From Acanthaster planci (lineage: Eukaryota), in assembly GCF_001949145.1 (NCBI RefSeq), contig NW_019091360.1, positions 2,850,864 to 2,914,863 of the forward strand: 64,000 nucleotides of DNA, read 5' to 3'. A program made the position numbers and the translations under genes. Positions 53,357 through 64,000 of the stretch are shown in pieces (the first letter of the stretch is position 1; each line of letters opens with the position of its first letter). Under the pieces are notes generated by a model. That model saw only the letters and a program-made list of their open reading frames with translations, had not been told where the DNA came from and made no database searches.

Positions 53357-56006
53357 CTACAGGAGAAAAAAAGAAACAACGAAAAAATGAAAGTTGACAC
53401 AAGCTTGCTGAACATGACGGCTCAGATAGAAAAACAAAGCGGCTCCTATCCGCACGCATTAATTTCGTTGCCGGTGGACTTTGGTAAAGCAAGAGGTCTC
53501 TCGTAAATCTTGAATGTGTACACACCGCAAGTACCTCATCCTAACTATTAGACAGACTTATATCAAAGAATGTCAATGCACGGCACGTCAACAGACCCTC
53601 GTACTCGTTTACACAAGCGATGTGCTTCACATCTTTTCTACGATCCCTGCGGCGAGATGTTCGTTCGTCCTTCTACATCCTCTTCGACCGCAACATTTTG
53701 CCGTCGTCACTACCTCAGTGTATACACATTGCGCTATCTGTGGTGAAGACGCCCAAAGGATCCATTCAGCAAGAGAGAAATTATTCCGCTTGCATGACTG
53801 AAATTGGGTTTACTCTTGGGACGACAAACACTCATAGTTCTGTTATGACATGGCCCAGTGGACATAGTTTTTCCGTGTCACGGAATGGCCCAACGCTTTT
53901 AATCTCTTCATCCGTTGAACTGTTTCGAATAGTTTTTTTTATTATTATTTTGAATGCTATAAATGGGCTGTGCTCCACGCCCTCGGCGTCTGTGTCCCTC
54001 AACGTGACGCTGCGCCGGGTCGCTCCGTCCCATTAATGCTGTATTATTGTGTATACTCTGTTTGATTGGATCTGAGTTGAATATGTTCCTAGAAATCTGC
54101 TTCATCTGTCTTTGATTCTGCATGGTGTCGATGAAGTTTGGTTTGGTGTGGGGGCCATTGCTATCCGGTTCATAAGTGTGCACTGCACATAGGGTTACAT
54201 GCATTGATCGCCGTTTTGGAACCATGGAACCGGAAGTTAACGCGCAACTTCAGCGATTGTCCAATGAGAGCCTGCAAATCGTGGCGCGTCCGCCTTTGTG
54301 ACGAAGTCACTTACGAACCAGATACCTGCGCCGCCACGCAGTCACGTACTTCTCATGATGATTGACCTTTTTTTTTCCCCCGAAGAATTCTGTAGATATT
54401 AGTGTAGCGTAGCCGTTTTTATTCACGGTTCATTTCTCAATTAACCGCTGCAAGACGTAGTGTACAGGGTTCATTTCAATTTACGGAAACGTTGGACTAT
54501 CTTCGTGAAATTACCCATCGAGTGCCACTTTTGTACCAAGGTCTTTTCAACATAATTTCATGTAAAAGCGAAAGTGATAGAGAAACTTGTTCTCGATCTG
54601 TTTGCGACTACAATCTTATGCTACTTTCATTCCCCATTTCCTTCTGATGTATCAGTGTTTTATTTCGCGGCCTCCTATAAAACGTACGAAACGCCTGCTT
54701 CACATCAAATATGCCGAAGACTTAAAGGTCGTCCTTGTTAAACATGGGGGCTTGTGTGGAATCTTCGCAGAGCAAATCAAGTCAAATCAGAGGGAGTAGT
54801 TCGTGTGGAGGATGAGTCAACATCGCTACAGTTTGTCCGTCTGGCAGAACCAGGGCCCACGTGGGTGTGTTTGAGCGGCACGCGGCATGCCCTCCATTCG
54901 ACCTAAATAATTCCTTCATCAAACATCAACTCGAGAGGTACTCTGCGTGCGGATCAAACATAATTACGTATACTACAACTCGAACCTCCGTCGGATTTAA
55001 TATCTTTGGCATTAGGCAAACACGGCGCGTATTCTGAGCACGAGCCTTTCTATGAAGAATGACAAAATGACTAAGAATGACAAAAAAGCAAGGCACTTCT
55101 GCGGTAAATATGCAGAACAGGTCAGCGAGGCCCATTATAAGGCTTGATAGCGGCCCGTCTCGCTTGTAAGCTTAGTCGCTGTGAGCGCTGGGTGAGCGCA
55201 CGGTGAGTACCGGGCGGGACAGCGGGAGGTCCCGGGCGGGCCGTGGGCTACTGATTAAATTTCCTCCCCCCCCCTCCACGTACAAGTCAATGGTTGTCTT
55301 CAACCCTCTCCTGCGTGTATCTTGGAGACGTGGGGTTAAAACTTAGCGCATCAGTCCTTGGTGATTAGTGAGGGACTTCAAGGAGTAGATGATGGACAAC
55401 TGGGCCGTTTGCATGAGAGCAAAATGGAAGGCCTGTTTACGGATAAAAGATGGGCAGTGAACATGTCGCTAGCTAATTACCCTTGATTAAAAGGATCTGT
55501 AAAATGCACAATATCCTGTGAACAGGTGGATGTGGCACGACAGGTTTTTATTAAGTTGATAGCACTTAGTTAGTCCAGTGAATAATTTGGTTATTCACAG
55601 CTGTGCAGTGTTTTTAATAATGCACATGATTAGGTGTTATGCGACAACGGGTCACGCTAAACTGCATGCGGGCATACCCGTATCAGAACGACATAAATAT
55701 ACTTGTTAGCCAACAATTATGCCGACTGTGCCTCAGTTTTACAGTTCGGTTGAACTTGAAACCCAACCGTCTTTAAAACTTTTTGGTAAAAATGAATGAT
55801 TTGATTGGCTCTGTTCCCGTTGGAGGATTTCAGCTGGTTAAATTGGCTATTAACCCTTAACATCGGTAAATGAACTTGCCGTTCTTCGCTAGCAACTTCA
55901 AATAGGGATCAGTATGCTTGCTGCCCTCAAGAGCATCAATAGGTCCTATAAAAGAGTACCGTTACTTTGTATGAATTCTGGTCTCCAGTCCATGACCATC
56001 ACTCAC

Positions 56007-56878
56007 CTGTGCCGAGCATTTGATGACGTCTTCCTCAAAGCGTTCGCCCTTGACGAGGTCGCGGTCATGACCCAACAAGTTCGTAATTGTCACTTCCCCG
56101 ATCAGATCGTGCCGGGAGAACCGATCGAAATCGTACACGGTAAATTTCAACGTCTTTTCCGGTAGATCGTTGAACGGCACTGTAAAGGTGAACTTCTCGT
56201 CAAAGTAAGGGTCGCAGTTCTTCCGATGCACCTTGGTCTGGTACTTCTTCTTTCGATCCGCAGGATAGAGGTGGATTTTTACATAAGGATCGGAAGTTCC
56301 AGAAAAGTCTTTCGCAGGCAAACCGGTAGCCCGGTCGACGTGGACGTGAAGCGACTCCGTCGGATGGTCGTACTGCAGCGAGAAGTACAGTTTACCGCAC
56401 TTGTCCGAGTCCTTGCCCCCTCGATCCTGGGAGCTGTCGCGGTACAACTCGGGCCGCAGCGTGCCGAGCTTGGGCTGCTCCTTCCGGTGGACGTTCTTGA
56501 CGGAAAACTCAATGTTGGCGAGGTTAAGCTGCAGAGAGAGCTGTCGCTGTCGCTTGAAGGCTTCCTGGCGGACTCTCTGCGGCAGCAACGGCACCGTGGC
56601 CTGGCGGGGCAGCACTTTGAGCGGGGAGGCGTTGGGGCTACTCGGCGCCCCGGGACTCCCTGCACCGTCCTTACCGTAGCTCATCCCGCTCTCGTTCTCC
56701 GAGTCCGAGTCGGCCTCGTAGCACACTTTCCGCTGGATGGTGTAGGTCTCTGTCTGCGCAACTCGGTTCTTGAACCTGCGCGCGCAGACCACCGCGACGA
56801 AGGCGATGACGAGGATGAGTGTGGTCAGCGACACTGGGATGGCGATGGTTTCCAGTGGAATACCCGTGCTGCCGCCTC
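56007..56878 (-). CDS. SYT: Synaptotagmin (Syt3/6/9/10 class), large coding exon: TM helix, linker and C2A domain
   Basis: Translation has a TM segment (IAIPVSLTTLILVIAFVAVVC) and C2A motifs LYFSLQYD, AKDFSGTSDPYVK, TKVHRKN, YDFDRFSRHDLIGEV. Acceptor ctaacccaacag|GA at 56878 and donor CAG|gtgagt after 56007 (phase 0). An in-frame ATG at 56894 is an alternative start if there is no upstream exon. Confidence 0.95.
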
Positions 56879-59800
56879 CTGTTGGGTTAGACATCAATTG
56901 GAGATGATTAAAACATCATGGCCAATCAACTGCAAGGTGTTAAATACGCATATGGTGACTGCTACCAAATCACGGTACAACTTGGGCACAGATTTGCAGA
57001 TGGTCACAGTACAAACCGCCTGAATTATCCACAAGTTGTTGTGGACAGCACAGGCAGTTTATCGTGACGGTGGTAATATGCAAATGGGGGAAAACATACA
57101 AATGGGACGGTGTAAGCGCCGTACATATTCATTCAAACACCACAAGTTTGAGAGCAAATCAAATAAACTGGGGCGCTTGTTCAATCGAACAAACTCGCTG
57201 TATTAATAAAAAGAATAGAAATCGGTAGCAACTATTGCAGGAATACGACTTTGCGTGCTGATTGCGGCCTTTTATAACGTCGTGTGGGCCGGGGGCCAAC
57301 GTACAAGGAACGTGCAATAAGGTGGATCCAACATTGCAGACAAGATCCCACGCAGGACAGGGGTCATCAATTTTACATAGCACAATGTTCCTTTATCATG
57401 AACTCCGCTGGCGAACGCCCACGCATAATCCAACGCGGAAATGCTGTCGGCAAATAAAGACGGTAACTTCGAAGACATGGACTGAGGGGGTAAGATCGCC
57501 TAACGAAGACTTAAGTGCAGGTCCGACTTCGACGAGAATGAATTGGCCACTTGTGGTTTTCAAAATGGCCTCTTTCGTTTAAACAATCATTCTCGAAAGG
57601 TTATGGCGGTGCTTACGGAAAAATTAAGATTACGATTTTTCTGTGCACGCAATAGGTCCTAATCAGTGCTTTTTTACTTTTTACCTTCATGTAATTGTAT
57701 CTTTTTAAACATAGAACACACAGCTTTCCTGTTGTTTTTCAATTCAAAGCAGCATAACAGCAAATTGCCTGTAACTAACAAGTGATGGAGCTGTTTTTCT
57801 GGGTAGACACACGAGCCACGACATACACTGTTCCTCATTTTAAAATGTACATTTTGGACTACAGTTCTCCCATGTTGAACAATTCAAGCTGCTCTGATCC
57901 CACAAGCCCCAACGTGCGGGAAATCACTGAAATGAGCTGGAATTCGAGAAAGAAGCTGTGAGCGTGGATGGAGAGCTTAACGGGAGTGAGTCAACGAACC
58001 GCTGCAGCAGGCTTTCTGCATGCCCTGGGCAGGTCTCCTGACTGCCCTGGGAATCTGAGGCTGGATGCCACTACGTCTGCAAAAAAAACCCTGCCGGATT
58101 TGAGAGATTACAGTGACTGTAACGCGGGCAAGCCTCCTCATTCTAACCTCCCTCCATCCCGCTGGGGGGGGGTTTGTGGTATGGTTTTCAGTCATATGAA
58201 AGTTTCGGGTAATCACGATTCCGTACCCCCGGATTTCCCCGGGAGAAATCAGGTGACGGCTGCAAGGACTACCAAGGAACCAGAATCGCGGCCCCATACA
58301 CGAAGGACGTGGAAGAATCGAAATTCGTTGCGAAGAGACGAGAATATCACAAAATAGTAAGAGATCTCGACGGTCGAGTTTCTAACAGCAGAAGTCCGAC
58401 ACGTGTGCTGCTCTTAAACGGCAAAAGCCGTGTAAACACACTTTCGGAATGTGCGTTCTCACTGTCCCAAATCTCAGTTACGCACCACAATGACGATATT
58501 TTACTCACACCTATCGAACTTCCTTTTCAAAACATTACTGCCTAACTTACTGTACGTAAAAACGATTCTGGAGTCAGCATATACGGAGTCAGAATATTTG
58601 GCAATAATACTGTGTCCGAGTACGAAATGTGTGCGTTTCAAAACCAAGGCAGGATTAACAAATAAAGAGCGACTGAGGCAAACACCAACTCTGACTGAAC
58701 GAAATTAAAGCAAAACCTATCAAATAAAAATCAACAGAAAGATAACATTTTATAGTGAATGAAAATGTGTACCACCAGAACTACTCATTGATTAATATAG
58801 GGGATATTGACATCATCCCGACTAAAGTTGGGCGCAGTCGGCATAGCGAGTAGGCTTGAGAGTTGACCAAGAGCGATGAACACACAAAGGTTGGATCTCA
58901 GGCTCCAACTTTAGGCATCCAGGTTTTTTGGCATTGGGATCACTATGGGGCATGGGCGATGCAGACGCTTGGTGGGCATTGCCGTGATGGAGGGCAGTAA
59001 CGGTGACACGCCTCTTGAGAGGATCAAAGCTATGGCTTGGCACTGGCACGCCGAGGTTTATTAGGGACAACTCGGTCAAACTGATTATTAAAAAAGTGAA
59101 GTCCCTAAGAGCTCACAATAGCATTCACAGCTAGCAAAAAATGACTAACTTACATGTTCTTTCTAGTGACGCGCTCCCATTATTCAGACGACTTTAAAAA
59201 TGTGCACTTGCAACTTCCCATCTCAACATTCCAGCAATTATAACCTTGCATGTCGTTTCAATTTAGATGGACGCGAAATGAGAAGTCGATCTCGGGCGAC
59301 CTCTGCATTAATCGATAAAGACGCAGAGTTATGAACCTGCTTTCAATTCCCAGAAATCAAAGGGTTAAATTAGCGAATGTGATACACGACGTAACACAGT
59401 TCTCAAATGGACAAACAGAAGCCTGGCCCTATACTCGCTAGCAACATCCACCCGACATACCCATCGAACCATCCAAAATAATGAAAAAACCCATACCTCC
59501 AAAAGTACAGAAAATAGTCTTGATTTATTAAGCGTATGCCGAGCAATCATCTTTGCCTGAACTGTTTTTAACACCAGGAGTCACTGAAACGCAAACGGTT
59601 CTGGGGGCCTCGTCTAGTTTTAATGCTCGACACTAATTCACCACCGCCAAAGGGTCTTTTCCACGACGCCGTCAATAATCACAGCTATCTGGGACAGAAA
59701 TGTCACTTTTTCCTCCGTTAGCATCGAGGCTGATAGACTGTGGCGTGGGGGTCGTGGGCTCGTTCACTAACGGCCCATTTTCCCGTGCCCGGCCTCAAAG

Positions 59801-62800
59801 ACTAGATGATTCTCAAAGACTGGTTGTCCCCCCCCGGTCGGTGCTGTTGTCCTCCTGGACACGTCTGTTAATTAATAGAAGCCATCGACTTCAATACGAG
59901 TTCTAGTTTGGTGTGCCGCTTGCGATGACAACGATGGCCAATTTCATAGAGCTGCTTGAGCACAAAATTTGCTTTACCATTACCAGCCAAAACTCCATGT
60001 GATGTATGCTATTTTGGAATGATATTCACCTGTCGCTTGGTTAGCATGACAATCACATAGACTCTGAGCTGGAAACTTTTGTTTTTAAGCAAATTTTTTT
60101 TGCGCTTAAGCAAATTTTTTGCTAAAGCAACTCTATGAAATTGGCCCCTCTTCTTAATAGTTACACAGGTCTGATGACTCGAATCTTTCACCTATTTTGT
60201 GCGCGAAACACGGCGACTCAAACTCTGAATTGAGTGGATAATACACAAAATGAACAACATAATATCCTAACGGACCACCCTTTTTCATCAATCACTTTCA
60301 ACTTGATGACTGCAAATAACTCTACCATGCGACATCTAATTTGAGCAGGGTGATTATAAGGGATTTCGTATTCATTTTCCGTAAAACAAAGAAAACAACG
60401 GACAACATGACAGTATGAAATATTAACCTGATGTTCCTGAAAGCTCAAAAGCTTGATACAACCGCTAGGAATAGTTAGCCAATAGGTCTGGGCCGACTGT
60501 GCACATCTAATAGTCATAGGCACAGCGCGAAATCATAAAGTTCCCTCACGTGAATGCTCCCCGGGTGTACTTTGTGCCCACAGACTTGAATGAAAACGTT
60601 CCATAGGTGCCAGTAGTCTGTGTGTACGGGAAGTGTTCCTCCCAAGAGATGGCGTTGGAGGTGTCCAAAACTCCCACGTACACGACTTGTCTATGAGAAA
60701 TTCCATTTCACGACCTATAAAACATTCATGTCAGATATAACTTGATAAAATGAATGACCGTCGAGATTCTGATACCAGGGAGCCGTTAAAAAAAAGAACG
60801 GGCCGAGACACCTCGAGAAAATGGATCTGGTTCGCCCAGCCCACGCTGATTACACCAGCTCGGCGGACTCTGACTCGAGTAAGCCATTACATATGGTTGA
60901 GGGCGATCAAGATGGCACGTTTAAAATGACATTATGATCGATGTCGCAAAATCATCTTGAACCTGGAATATTACCGCCGTCGTCTTGCGTGGGCTCATGA
61001 TTTTCACGAACAGCCCGCAGAAACCTGCACCAAGTGGGTCGCCAACCGAATGAGCCATCCGCCGTTTCAAACAATGATACGGAATATTTTGAACATAGCA
61101 ACCCACAGAACTAACACAGCTCAACTCACAATTGGGGCGCGTGGGCAGTGCAGTTCATCAACCATGTTGACTTTACCTCTCCCTTTCATGCACATAAAAG
61201 CCCACGAAAACAACATTTGAAGTGCTAGTTTAACACTGTGAATGCATTCATTGCCTCACCTTCTCCGTTATTACGAAATGTAACTGTACCTATACTCCAT
61301 CAGCATTAAAGAACACCGTGGTTCTCCGGTGGTTTTGCTTTGTATTGGCGATGGGGCTGATGAATTTAGGAATCCATGCGTCTGGTTCACTTTTTTTCTT
61401 CTCCTTTTCCTTTCAGTGGAAAGCGGTTTTCTTTTTTGGTACTCTGTATCTTCAGACTTGGAAATGGACACCCAAAGCCCATTTGCCGTGCCCCCTCAAA
61501 TCCATTGTGGTGAGCATCTTGTTGATCCCTACAACATGGCTGTTTTTCTTTCTCCCACATTTTGCAAGGGAACACGAAAGAGAGCCTATTCCTTTGTGGA
61601 GCGTCAAAGAAGACATCAAATCTGACAAGCGAAGCAAAGACTGCGGAACCCATACCGGGTCGACGCCCACGCGGCAGCAATGAAAATCGGAAAGTGTAAT
61701 TGAGTAGCCGTCGACGTCGCTCCATAAAGCCAGGTAGCTAAACTCAAACCCCAGTGCCCGTTAGCTATTTCGTGTTTGAATTGACGCTTTTCTCAAGTTA
61801 GTTTCAGTGACTTATTCTAGCTGTACGGTATAGTCTAGGTTGTAAGACGAAGCCACTTTGGTAAATCTTAGCATACAGTCCTATAAATAGACTTGTGATC
61901 AGAAATGCAGGTCAATCAGAAGAAAACCGGCGAAAAAGTAACCTCTTACAGTGGTAATAAAGCCAACTAAGACGGCTCAATGTTCTTCGATCAGGAGTCG
62001 TTTCCCAATATCACGTCTATATTGGTAAGTTTTATGAAATCATATCGAAGGTGGATTTTTCTTTAACAGACAATTCCGTAGAGGGTGTAAAAGTGCCAAA
62101 GATACGGTCTACACCGTACGTAAAAGTTAAGAATTCTCGTATTGTTCAGGATCTTTGGTGAAACGTGCAACAGCAGTAGAGCGCTGAAGCGCTATTGCGA
62201 ACCCATTCTCGCTGCGGATCTAGCCAAGCAGAAGGAGCCCGTGCACACCCACTCACCAATCAAGTAACGTTAAACGCGGGAAACGCCACCCGTACTGATC
62301 GCCAAAAATGCCCGGGGCTGAACCCCAAACTGAGATATGCCAAAGTGGCATCGATTCCAGAGCCCAGGCAGGTACTGGCAGGTAGAAAGATAATAATGAG
62401 GATCACGGTGCTGTACCCACCGCCAACAGCGACAGTGATCGTGCATCGCGTGCACGGCCAGCTTCTGTTAGGTCAAAAGACGCTCACGCCAAAGGTGAAA
62501 AACACATGATTGTGTGACAGATAGAATACAAGAGTTCCTACCGATTGGTTTAGTTGCTATTAAAAACTAACAGACCGTACAAACCAATCAGGGACACGTG
62601 AAAATATATTCCCTTAGAATTTCTGGTGGCTCAGTCCAGTCCCTTACTCATCAATGGAATACAAGAAGAGAATTTGCCACAAAAGCAAGAATCTACCCGC
62701 CTTGAAGAAGTACCCCCTCATCGGTTGAAAAGAGCTATGTTGGTGGGGGCTGTCCATTTTGTTGGCAGCGACGCAACCGCAACGCATGCATTTCATAGTC

Positions 62801-64000
62801 GTCCGTGAGCCAAAGAATAGCAGTTCCCACCAAAAAAGCCTCCGTTTCCAAGAAAACTGCGCCCTCTCTTTGTCCCGCTCGGGACCCGTAGGCCGAGTTC
62901 GGGCGGCTTGTTCCTGTATGTTCAGGAACAGCTCGATTTGTTGTTCGTGGGTCTGCCGCTCGAACGCCGGGAACAAACAACCGGTTATCGCTGGTAGTTA
63001 GTGACAAGCAACATGCAACATGGCGGTGTCCATGTAGGGTACGTTATTCGAGAGGTAATGTTTGGATGGGCAGAATTCTTTTCTATTTAAACAGGAACAT
63101 TCATGTCTGTGTTACGGAAAATAATTAAGGTTAATTTTGCAAAACTTCCCATTGTCTATGGCTTTGGAAGCCATCTCTCTACTTTTTGCAGCTGTTCAAA
63201 ATCAAAATCTCACGAGGTTTTCTGTGTGTTCCTGTAAAACCCTGACAAGGAGGTGGTGTGTGATCCTGTTCCGAGAACAGTGTTCTTGAGTCGTGTGTTC
63301 GAGCTCGAGAACAAGAAACCCGTGTCAAGAACAGGCCACCCGAACTCGACCATAGCGACGCTAATCCTGTTAACCCCCGCTAAAACTCTTGGTGGCAGCA
63401 GACTCACCACATCCCAGACTTCAGTCATACTGCTGTTGACAGCTTGGTACTAGCTACTTCTTTATCGTTCCCTTTTGGTCTTCTATTTATTTGTAAAATC
63501 TGAAACCATTTCATCGAGCACTTTTTATGAAATGGAACCTTCCCGGTCAACAAGGTTTTACAGCAGCGGCCACTTACCGCCTGCCAATGACACGCAACGG
63601 CTCACTCGTTAATTGTCACGTCTGGCCCTGCAGAGTTTAGTGCGTGAAACTGTGCAGTCTGTCCTCAGGAACCGATGCGTTTCACACCAATTTGCTGTTC
63701 ATCTGATCTGACTAGACGATGAACTCTATATGACATAGCGCCGTCGATTTTACAGTGGGTTTGGTTAAGTTTACGTAAGAATGTCGTTTACCAGCGCCTG
63801 AACAGACGCGGGAGACTAAAGGTTGACTACATTGTGTGCGTGTGTGTCGGGGGGGGGGCTGTGTACAGATGCGTCGATGGACAATTAGAACAAGGTAAAG
63901 CTTTGGACAAAATTACCTTCAAAGGAGAAATCAGGATAGAGATCCTTCAAAAACGGAAAGACAGATTATCCGCAGTCGGAGAACTACATTACGTGTGCGA

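Noticed and set aside
55140..55420. SINE in a synaptotagmin intron
   Set aside because: GC-rich and vaguely tRNA-like, but there is no clear B box and no second copy in the window.
56226..57023. 265-aa plus-strand ORF
   Set aside because: Antisense shadow of the GC3-rich synaptotagmin exon; no recognisable domain.
61271..61725. Upstream coding exon of synaptotagmin
   Set aside because: The donor near 61289 is weak and the open frame gives phase 2, whereas the 56878 acceptor needs phase 1.

Overview
Eukaryotic (metazoan, probably marine invertebrate) genomic DNA with six assembly gaps. No prokaryotic operons, rRNA or CRISPR were found. The right third (~45-64 kb) is CpG-rich and holds a four-exon minus-strand synaptotagmin gene of the Syt3/6/9/10 class (TM-C2A-C2B, GT-AG introns with consistent phases). 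The left ~44.6 kb is CpG-poor and dense in decayed mobile DNA: a LINE RT fragment, an internally deleted DIRS1-like element that keeps its 3' end structure, a ~5.5 kb palindrome, a Polinton/adintovirus-like remnant (penton-like and 'gasderminX'-like genes), a Ngaro/PAT-like tyrosine-recombinase retrotransposon (RT-RNaseH-YR-SGNH) split by a MITE, several MITEs, a tRNA-headed dispersed repeat and minisatellites. It may be the intron-rich body of a second minus-strand gene starting near 44.77 kb (low confidence). The most unusual signal is that TACATGTA and related short palindromes saturate only the left domain, appear to have been inserted secondarily into dead coding sequence, and stop abruptly at ~44.6 kb. 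All family assignments come from recognising motifs by eye; no searches were run.
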